Assembly: GCA_040879145.1 (NCBI GenBank)
Contig: JBBDKX010000038.1
Coordinates: 1 to 60,245 of the forward strand
Source of the DNA: Candidatus Spechtbacterales bacterium
Lineage (GTDB): Bacteria; Patescibacteriota; Minisyncoccia; Spechtbacterales; 2-12-FULL-38-22
Direction: 5' to 3'
DNA: 60,245 nt
The position numbers were made by a program, and so were the translations under genes. How positions within the stretch are numbered: position 1 is the first letter of the stretch; every line of letters starts with the position of its first letter. Shown here in pieces: positions 17,168 to 24,399 of this stretch. The notes under the pieces are model-generated. The model saw only the letters and a program-made list of their open reading frames with translations, made no database searches and was not told the origin of the DNA.

Positions 17168-19054
17168 ATGGACTTACTATCATCCTTAAATCCACAACAA
17201 AAAGAGGCTGTCAAAACAACGGAGGGACCGTTGCTTATACTGGCAGGTCCGGGCTCCGGCAAAACCAAAACACTGACGCATAGGGTGGCATATTTAATCG
17301 CGCAAGGGGTACATCCAAAAAGTATTCTGGCTGTTACATTTACAAACAAGGCCGCTTTGGAAATGCGTGAGCGAGTAATACAGTTACTCGCTCAGCAACA
17401 AGCAGTATTGCCTGTTATGGGAACCTTTCACTCTGTTTGTGTGAGAATCTTAAGAGAGAATGCTCCGCTTATAGGGTATACATCATCTTTTGTTATATAT
17501 GATGATGGTGATCAGTTGTCTCTTATAAAAAAAATAATGAAAGAGCTGGAAATAGACCCCAAACAGCTGGCGCCCCAAAAAATCAGGTCTGCAATATCAC
17601 ATGCCAAAGATGACCTTCTGCTTCCCGAAGAATACAGCTCTCAAACAGGCGACTTTTTTGAAAAACAGGTTGCGGAAATATATTCACGCTACCAGAGCGC
17701 ACTTGCCGACAACAACGGATTTGATTTTGACGACCTCATAATGCAGGCGGTCTTGCTTTTTGAAACCAGGTCTGATGTTTTAAAAAAATATCAGAAAAGA
17801 TTTCAATATATAATGGTAGATGAGTACCAGGATACAAACACAGCGCAAAGTTCTCTTCTTGCCATGCTCGCAAAAAATTCAAAGAATATCTGTGCTGTTG
17901 GTGATGACGCGCAAGCCATATACAGTTGGCGCAACGCAAAGGTAGAGAACATTTTAAATTTTCAACGTGAATGGCCCGGCGCAAAAATAATAAAACTTGA
18001 ACAAAACTATCGTTCTACCAAAAACATAGTTGAAGCTGCATCCTTTTTAATACAGAAAAACTCACAGGGATACGCTAAAAACCTGTGGACAAAGAATGAA
18101 ACCGGAGAACCTATTCACATATGCGAATTGGCAAGCGAATACGCGGAAGCAGAATTTATACTCGCCGAAACAGAAAGTCTTATTGAAGAAAAAGGTTATG
18201 GGTTGGACAACTTCGTCGTGCTTTACAGAACAAACGCCCAGTCCCGAGCTATTGAAGAGGTTTTTTTGCGAAACGGCGTTCCCTACAAAATAGTAGGCGG
18301 AGTAAAGTTCTACCAAAGACAAGAAGTAAAAGATGCAATAGCATGGCTTCGTCTTGTACAAAACCCGGGTGATATGGCCGCGACAGACAGATTAGAAAAA
18401 TTAAAACTTAGCATGCTCAAGGAAAACATACAAAAACCCGTAAGAACCAAAACAGAAGCTGTAAATATTTTATCGCAGGCGATACAGGAAAAAGCAAAAA
18501 ACAAAGATATGTCTCTTACACAACTCTTGAGGTTTGTTATAGAAAAAGTTAATTTTGAAAAGATATTAAGAGACAAAACTGAAAAAGGGGAGGAGAGGTG
18601 GCAAAACATTCAGGAACTTCTTTCGGTAACAGAGGATTACGCCCCACTACCTTTAAACGAGGCCTTGGAAGCATTTTTAGAAGACGTAGCGCTTATGCAG
18701 GAGGCCGACAATGTCGCGCAGGATTCTAACCTTGTACACCTTATGACATTACACATGGCAAAAGGACTTGAATTTCCCGTAGTGTTTATAGCGGGGTGTG
18801 AAGAGGGTCTTTTGCCACACTCGAGCAGTATGATGAATAAAAGCGAGTACGAGGAAGAGAGACGGCTTCTTTATGTGGGAATAACACGCGCCAAGGAAAA
18901 GGCGTATCTGCTCTTTACTCGCAGAAGGATGATATGGGGAAGCATACAAAGCAACCCACCAAGCAGTTTTCTCTTTGAAATACCAGAAGAGCATATATTT
19001 TTTAAACCTCTTGAAGAAGGCGGGGAAACAGAAGATTTAATTGACTGGTATTAA
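17168..19054 (+). CDS. uvrD: UvrD/PcrA family ATP-dependent DNA helicase
   Basis: It has AGPGSGKT, VDEYQDTN, QNYRS, TLHMAKGLEFPVVFI and YVGITRAKE. The ATG at 17168 (MDLLSSLNPQQKEAV) is preferred over the track start at 17099. Confidence 0.9.
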   Translation: MDLLSSLNPQQKEAVKTTEGPLLILAGPGSGKTKTLTHRVAYLIAQGVHPKSILAVTFTNKAALEMRERVIQLLAQQQAVLPVMGTFHSVCVRILRENAPLIGYTSSFVIYDDGDQLSLIKKIMKELEIDPKQLAPQKIRSAISHAKDDLLLPEEYSSQTGDFFEKQVAEIYSRYQSALADNNGFDFDDLIMQAVLLFETRSDVLKKYQKRFQYIMVDEYQDTNTAQSSLLAMLAKNSKNICAVGDDAQAIYSWRNAKVENILNFQREWPGAKIIKLEQNYRSTKNIVEAASFLIQKNSQGYAKNLWTKNETGEPIHICELASEYAEAEFILAETESLIEEKGYGLDNFVVLYRTNAQSRAIEEVFLRNGVPYKIVGGVKFYQRQEVKDAIAWLRLVQNPGDMAATDRLEKLKLSMLKENIQKPVRTKTEAVNILSQAIQEKAKNKDMSLTQLLRFVIEKVNFEKILRDKTEKGEERWQNIQELLSVTEDYAPLPLNEALEAFLEDVALMQEADNVAQDSNLVHLMTLHMAKGLEFPVVFIAGCEEGLLPHSSSMMNKSEYEEERRLLYVGITRAKEKAYLLFTRRRMIWGSIQSNPPSSFLFEIPEEHIFFKPLEEGGETEDLIDWY

Positions 19055-19068
19055 CTGACAAATAACCA

Positions 19069-20001
19069 ATGATACAGAGTATGGGACATGAAACAATTAA
19101 AAAACTGCTTGAGAAATACAATGTAGAGCCGAACAAGGTCCTGGGTCAAAATTTTTTAAATGAGCCGAATGCGGTTCATGCCCTTATTAAAACGGCGGAG
19201 GTGTCGAAAGAAGACACAGTTATTGAGGTTGGTCCCGGAACCGGAGCTATAACAAAAGAGCTGGCGAAAAAAGCGGGTCAGGTTATTGCGGTGGAAAAAG
19301 ACGAGAATATGGTAGAAATTCTTAAACATGAGATAAGGGGATTTGAAAACATACAGATAGTGGAGGGTGATATTTTGAAATTTGAAATAACCAAGATACA
19401 AGAAACCCAGCCCGACATCGCGAGACGAAGTCGAGGCGGGCAGGCAAGAAACAAACAAATCTCAAATCACAATAACCAAGCAAAGGAAAACCCAAAAGGC
19501 TACGATCTAAAGCTTGATACCTACAAGCTGGTTGGCGCTCCTCCTTATTATTTAACGGCGCGCTTATTTAGGACCTTTTTAGAACAGGCTAATCTAAAAC
19601 CTGTTTCAATTACTGTTATTATCCAAAAAGAAGTTGCGGAAAAAATATGTGCAAAGCCACCCCGAATGAACCTTCTTGCTGTCTCCGTGCAACTGTATGG
19701 GGAGGCTAAAATTATAGAAAAGGTTCCGAAAGAGTTTTTTTGGCCTCGCCCAAAAGTGGACTCAGCTATTTTGACTGTACAAAATATCAAAAAACCTGGT
19801 GTTGATGAAACTAAATTCTTTAAAGTACTGCAAGCGGGTTTTTCTGCTCCAAGGAAACAGCTTGCGGGAAATCTTTCACGCGTCCTAAGTATTGAACGTG
19901 ATAAAGTAGAAAAAATACTTAAAGAGTGTGGCATAAAGCCCGAACAACGCGCCGAAACGTTAAGCGTTGATGACTGGAAAAAATTAACACTTAAGTTTTA
20001 A
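19069..20001 (+). CDS. rsmA: 16S rRNA (adenine1518/1519-N6)-dimethyltransferase with an internal ~35-40 aa insertion
   Basis: It has VLGQNFL, the SAM motif EVGPGTGAIT and VEGDILKF. The usual GNLPYxIS motif is replaced by VGAPPYYLT. An extra segment QETQPDIARRSRGGQARNKQISNHNNQAKENPKGYDLKLD lies between them. Confidence 0.85.
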   Translation: MIQSMGHETIKKLLEKYNVEPNKVLGQNFLNEPNAVHALIKTAEVSKEDTVIEVGPGTGAITKELAKKAGQVIAVEKDENMVEILKHEIRGFENIQIVEGDILKFEITKIQETQPDIARRSRGGQARNKQISNHNNQAKENPKGYDLKLDTYKLVGAPPYYLTARLFRTFLEQANLKPVSITVIIQKEVAEKICAKPPRMNLLAVSVQLYGEAKIIEKVPKEFFWPRPKVDSAILTVQNIKKPGVDETKFFKVLQAGFSAPRKQLAGNLSRVLSIERDKVEKILKECGIKPEQRAETLSVDDWKKLTLKF

Positions 20002-20085
20002 TGTTCCGTGTTTTGTGTTTTGTGTTTTATGACCATAAGTTATACACAAACACAAACCCTTTAAAGTACTGTATAATAGTAAGTA
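20002..20085. repeat. Heptamer-word hairpin spacer (GTGTTTT x3 facing ACACAAAC ACAAAC)
   Basis: GTGTTTT repeats tandemly at 20008-20028, with complementary ACACAAACACAAAC at 20044-20057. It starts directly after the rsmA stop. Confidence 0.7.
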
Positions 20086-22044
20086 ATGATGGGCTTATTA
20101 AACCCTCTAAAAAATAATCTAAAAAGACCTTCTCTCAAAAAGGGGTATTATTTGGTGTTACTCCTCTTTTTAGCAACTCCTAAATTTGCTCATGCAAACT
20201 TTTTCCTTGACGCCATAGAGAGGGCTGTTTTAGAGATGGGGTTCTTTCTTATAGGTGGAGCTGTAAGCATACTCTTCTTTATAATAAACTCTGTAATCTA
20301 TACCGCTGTGTGGCTTGCAAGATATATTGCTGAAATGGCAATAAGCCTCTCCCTTTCAATGCCATACACAAGCGGAGATGTCTTTAATGCGGGGTGGCCC
20401 GTTATGCGAGACCTGGCAAACATGGGTCTTATACTAATACTTGTCGGCATAGGCGTCGGCACAATGCTTAACCTTAAGCTAAACAAAGACCGCCTCGCGA
20501 TGTTTTTCCTGGTTGCACTGCTAATAAACTTCACAAATGTAATTACGGGGATAGTTATAGACTTTAGCAATATTATTGGAAGTGTTTTCTTTAATGCCGC
20601 GCAAAACAGCCTGAGCGCCCTCATAGGAGTGTCGCCCTTTGATGTCGCCCTGCAAGCTGGAAGAGAAACGGCACAAACCCTGGAAACCCTGGGAAGCGCG
20701 GAGGAATTTGCCAGCGGAATGATAGGGTTGATAGCCGGTCCTCTTATAACAAGCGTACTTGGAATTATTCTATTTTTTGTATTCATGCTCTTAACGGCGC
20801 TCTTTATAGGAAGAATATTGGCGCTAATGCTTTTAGTTATACTCTCGCCCGTGGCATTTCTCGGACTTATATGGAGCAGTGGAAAGATGCGACAGCTTTG
20901 GAACAAGTGGTGGGATACATTTTTACAGTGGGCGCTTATCGCGGTACCGATGCTCTTTTTTCTGTGGCTTGCCGGTATATTCCTTAATGAAGGAGCGGGT
21001 TACTGTACAGCGAGTCTTCCAAGCGGAGCGGAGCCAATAGAAGAAGCTATAGGATTAGGTGTACTGGATAGCGAGGGTGGGTTTGTGTGTAGGTCTATGC
21101 AATCCTTCCTCGCAATAGGCGCGTTGATTACAGGGGTTGTTATGAGTTTTAAAACAAGCGCGGCCGGAAGCAAAATGATTATAAGCAGAGCACAGCGATT
21201 CCAAAAATGGGGCACAAGCAAAGTAAGGCAGGCCGCCACAGCCCCCGGAAGAGCAGCGGGAAGAGTTGTAAAAAGAGAAAGCGCGAGAACAGTGGGGGCA
21301 GCTGGCACAAGAATAGCAGGATCAAAAGCCGCAAAGGTTCCCGTTATGGGCGGTGCCTTCAGAAGTGCGGGAAGGAGGTTGCAGGGATTTGAAGGAAAAC
21401 AAAGAACAGAGTGGAGAAAACATGAAAAAGATTATACCGGAATGACGTGGGATCAATTACAGGCTCACATAAAAACAGAGAAGGACCCTGATAAATTGGC
21501 TGCTATTATGAATCTGGCAGGTAGAAATCACGCCGACGATCTTGATTCCGCTATTCGAAACAATACAATAGATGACAAGAAAATCAAATCTTATCTAAAT
21601 ATGGCCCAATTTAGAACAACGGAAAAAGGTGAGAATCTACAAGATGCATGGATAAAAAATAATCCCCATCATCTTAAAAAGCATTTAGGAAAAACGGATA
21701 CAGACGTAAGAACAAAAACAGAAAGACTTTCGGCAAATGATTTATACAATCTAACGCTTTCAGCAATCAATGAACGGCATGTTGTTGAAGGTGTAATAAA
21801 AAATGATGACGCAAAAGTGAAGCAATTAAGACATGTTATCAACAAAGTTTCTAAAACAAATAATACTGCTATGAGTACCAACCTAAAAACAAACCTAAAA
21901 AATGCTATAATAGGCAGTTTCAATACCCTTGGACCAAATTCATCCACTCAGAACATATTAACTGAGCTTGACAATGCTGGGGGAAGATGGAAGGAGCTTA
22001 AAAATGCTTTAGAAAATGATCCTGATTTTGCAGGAATACTATAA
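20086..22044 (+). CDS. VirB6/TrbL-like polytopic T4SS membrane protein with basic hydrophilic C-terminal third
   Basis: 652 aa with about 8 or more hydrophobic helices in the first ~380 aa, followed by a Lys/Arg-rich soluble tail. The call rests on topology, size and its position at the head of a VirB3/VirB4 block. Confidence 0.45.
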   Translation: MMGLLNPLKNNLKRPSLKKGYYLVLLLFLATPKFAHANFFLDAIERAVLEMGFFLIGGAVSILFFIINSVIYTAVWLARYIAEMAISLSLSMPYTSGDVFNAGWPVMRDLANMGLILILVGIGVGTMLNLKLNKDRLAMFFLVALLINFTNVITGIVIDFSNIIGSVFFNAAQNSLSALIGVSPFDVALQAGRETAQTLETLGSAEEFASGMIGLIAGPLITSVLGIILFFVFMLLTALFIGRILALMLLVILSPVAFLGLIWSSGKMRQLWNKWWDTFLQWALIAVPMLFFLWLAGIFLNEGAGYCTASLPSGAEPIEEAIGLGVLDSEGGFVCRSMQSFLAIGALITGVVMSFKTSAAGSKMIISRAQRFQKWGTSKVRQAATAPGRAAGRVVKRESARTVGAAGTRIAGSKAAKVPVMGGAFRSAGRRLQGFEGKQRTEWRKHEKDYTGMTWDQLQAHIKTEKDPDKLAAIMNLAGRNHADDLDSAIRNNTIDDKKIKSYLNMAQFRTTEKGENLQDAWIKNNPHHLKKHLGKTDTDVRTKTERLSANDLYNLTLSAINERHVVEGVIKNDDAKVKQLRHVINKVSKTNNTAMSTNLKTNLKNAIIGSFNTLGPNSSTQNILTELDNAGGRWKELKNALENDPDFAGIL

Positions 22045-22045
22045 A

Positions 22046-22570
22046 ATGAAAATAGAATACGCAACATATATTTCTACTAAAAATAAGGCACCTGAAAAAA
22101 TTCTCGAGCTAATAGATTCGGGGGGTGTTGGGAATATTCTTGGTATAATTTATTCAAGGTACGGAATTACAAACCAGAAAATATCCTGTACACAGATTGT
22201 TGGCCACGTACTTGTTGGTCTTATTCCTATAAAACGTTTTATTCAGGCGCTTCAAGAAGATGCGGGTCTTGATGAAAGCACCGCGAAAAACATTGCGCAT
22301 GACGTGCGTGCGGAAATTTTTGCTCCCGTAGCCAGGGAGTTGGCAGCCATGCAGGAGCAGGCGATAAAAAACTGGCAGGAATTACATGCTTCGCAAGAAA
22401 CAAGCAATCCTCAAAATACAAACTTTGAACAAGAGAATGAGAAACTACCGACACCTGACGAAGGTGTTGTAAGAGAAGTTTTTCCGGCACCTGAGGTAAA
22501 CGAAAAAAAATTTGATGACGGTTTGGAAAAATCCCAAAACAAAGAGGAGGAGAAAGATGAAAGATTCTAA
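22046..22570 (+). CDS. Hypothetical protein (T4SS-like locus)
   Basis: The ATG at 22046 (MKIEYATY) lies 1 nt after the upstream stop. It has an acidic C-terminus and no recognisable motif. Confidence 0.4.
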   Translation: MKIEYATYISTKNKAPEKILELIDSGGVGNILGIIYSRYGITNQKISCTQIVGHVLVGLIPIKRFIQALQEDAGLDESTAKNIAHDVRAEIFAPVARELAAMQEQAIKNWQELHASQETSNPQNTNFEQENEKLPTPDEGVVREVFPAPEVNEKKFDDGLEKSQNKEEEKDERF

Positions 22571-22744
22571 CTCAGACTTCGTCTTCGTAATTTCAAATTT
22601 TAAATTTCCAATTTTAAAACAATTTTAAATGACTGAATTCCTGCCTGCCGGTTTACATGCCGATTGGTATGCAGGCAGGTTAAAACATTGGAACATTAAG
22701 GCATTAAATTAAAATTTTAAATTTAAAATTAGAGCGTAGCGACT
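22571..22744. repeat. Composite spacer element: CTTCG words, AATTTNN heptamers, GC-rich hairpin, AT words, GAGCGTAGCGAC
   Basis: AATTTCA AATTTTA AATTTCC AATTTTA lie at 22589-22616. CCTGCCTGC (22640-22648) pairs with GCAGGCAGG (22671-22679). GACTTCGTCT at 22575-22584 also occurs, inverted, inside rsmA at 19423-19432. Confidence 0.65.
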
Positions 22745-23185
22745 ATGGCACAATATCCCGTACCACAATTTATAGACAGGGAAACAAGACTTGTAGGCCC
22801 GCTAACAGTTCGGCAGATGATAATATTCGGCATAGATGCCGCGGTTTTATTTGTGCTTTGGTTTGTTTTAAATAAAATTACATTTATTTTTGCCGCCATA
22901 GTACTCACAAGTGCCGCCATAATACTTGCGTTTATAAAGATAAACGGACAACCACTAACAACTATTGTATTCTCTCTTCTAAACTACTTTCTACAACCGA
23001 GGCTGTATTTATGGGGAAAACAAGAAGATGTTGTTCAAAAAAAACCGAAGGGCGGACTATTTGATAAAATAGTGGGAGCGGGAACAGAAAAAAAAACGGC
23101 ACAGTCTTACGAAGTGCCCGAAGAGGCATCCAAAGAGCCGAGTGTTAGTGAAATAAAAGACGTAGCGAAATTGCTCGATGAGTAA
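22745..23185 (+). CDS. PrgI/VirB3-like small T4SS membrane protein
   Basis: 146 aa. YPVPQFIDRETRLVGPLTVRQMIIFGIDAAVLFVLWFVL plus a second TM match the PrgI/TcpE-type pattern. It sits immediately upstream of VirB4. Confidence 0.5.
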   Translation: MAQYPVPQFIDRETRLVGPLTVRQMIIFGIDAAVLFVLWFVLNKITFIFAAIVLTSAAIILAFIKINGQPLTTIVFSLLNYFLQPRLYLWGKQEDVVQKKPKGGLFDKIVGAGTEKKTAQSYEVPEEASKEPSVSEIKDVAKLLDE

Positions 23186-23323
23186 GCTCGCTTCGCGAGC
23201 TTCAAGATTACGCTGATAATAGCTGATACCACAGATGAACAATAAAACCTAAAGAAGCCTGTTAAAATAATTAGTGTAATCAGTTATTATCTGTGAAATC
23301 TGAAATTTTTCAAAGAAAAATTT

Positions 23324-23974
23324 ATGCCTTCAACAGCAACAACACAAAGTTTTATACCAATAGACAACATCCGAAACGATGTCGTTGTTGTTAAGGGCGG
23401 AGAACTTAGAGCCATACTCCAGGTATCAAGTGTCAACTTTGCCCTAAAAAGCCATGACGAGCAGGAAGCTACCATATACCAATACCAAAACTTTCTTAAC
23501 TCTTTGGATTTTCCCATACAAATACTGGTAAACTCCCGCATGATGAATGTTGATGAGTATGTAGGAACAATACAGGCGATGGAAGCCAAGCAACGTTCCG
23601 ACCTTCTAAAAATGCAGACACAAGAATATGTAAAATTTATACAGCGTTTTGTGCAGGAGGCAAACATAGTCTCCACAGACTTTTATCTTATAGTGCCTTT
23701 CAGTTTAATAGACGTGGCAACAACACAGGGGGGAGCAAATGAAAGAATGAAAAGTCTTATAGGAAAACAAAGTCAACTGGGAACGATGGAGGCCGAAAAA
23801 TTCTTGTACTTCAAAGGACAGTTGATGCAGAGGGTAGACTTTGTTGCGAGTGGTCTTCATAGAATGGGTATATCTGCAAGCATGATGACAACGGAGGAGT
23901 TGGTTTCTCTTTTTTGGAGTATATATAACGGGGGAGACCTCAGAAAACGCGGTGCGATAAAACCAATGTTTTAA
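23324..23974 (+). CDS. VirB4/TrbE N-terminal domain encoded as a separate ORF
   Basis: 216 aa. IPIDNIRNDVVVVKGGELRAILQVSSVNFALKSHDEQEATIYQYQNFLNSLDFPIQILV resembles the CagE/TrbE/VirB4 N-terminal region. It ends with its own TAA stop. Confidence 0.5.
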   Translation: MPSTATTQSFIPIDNIRNDVVVVKGGELRAILQVSSVNFALKSHDEQEATIYQYQNFLNSLDFPIQILVNSRMMNVDEYVGTIQAMEAKQRSDLLKMQTQEYVKFIQRFVQEANIVSTDFYLIVPFSLIDVATTQGGANERMKSLIGKQSQLGTMEAEKFLYFKGQLMQRVDFVASGLHRMGISASMMTTEELVSLFWSIYNGGDLRKRGAIKPMF

Positions 23975-24399
23975 AACAGCTTTTAGCTTCTGGCTTTCAG
24001 CTTATTAGCTTATGATAAATTCTTATAAAGAACTAAAGGTTTGGCAACGCGCAATGGAATTAGTTGTTGCTGTATATGAACTAACCGAAAAATACGCAAA
24101 AGAAGAAACTTATGGATTAACGGCACAAACAAGAAGATCGGTAATTTCTATACCTTCAAATATAGCTGAAGGTAGGCACAGGTCCACAAGAAAAGATTTT
24201 ATAAACTTTTTGATAATAGCTTATGCATCTGGCGCAGAATTAGAAACACAAATAGAAATAGCAAAACGATTACCAAAAACCAAACAATTAAACTATGTAA
24301 AAGTTGATAATCTTTTGGAAGAAGTTATGAAAATGTTAAACATAATGATAAAAAAGTTAAAAGCTAGTAGCTAATAGCTATAAGCTATAAGCTAAACAC
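23975..24399 (+). mobile_element. IVS-like cassette: four-helix-bundle gene flanked by mutually complementary NNAGCTT heptamer arrays
   Basis: The left array is at 23977-24011 and the right array at 24361-24399. The reverse complement of the right array aligns with the left at roughly three quarters of positions by hand. The cassette sits exactly between the two VirB4 pieces. Confidence 0.4.
24012..24374 (+). CDS. Four-helix-bundle protein of the 23S rRNA intervening-sequence protein family
   Basis: 120 aa. YKELKVWQRAMELVVAVYELT, LTAQTRRSVISIPSNIAEGRHRSTRKDFINFLIIAYASGAELETQIEIA is the family pattern as I recall it. Confidence 0.8.
   Translation: MINSYKELKVWQRAMELVVAVYELTEKYAKEETYGLTAQTRRSVISIPSNIAEGRHRSTRKDFINFLIIAYASGAELETQIEIAKRLPKTKQLNYVKVDNLLEEVMKMLNIMIKKLKASS

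Noticed and set aside
20298-20906. Long antisense ORFs inside real genes (also 2639-3250, 6448-7044, 12602-12994, 13597-14082, 25224-25655, 10150-10524)
   Set aside because: Each overlaps, on the opposite strand or in another frame, a gene with clear family motifs. Their sequences are low-complexity, and no independent start or context evidence exists.
24012-24374. Avd-like accessory gene of a diversity-generating retroelement
   Set aside because: The four-helix-bundle family is related to Avd. However, there is no reverse transcriptase and no template/variable repeat pair with A-specific mismatches anywhere in the window.
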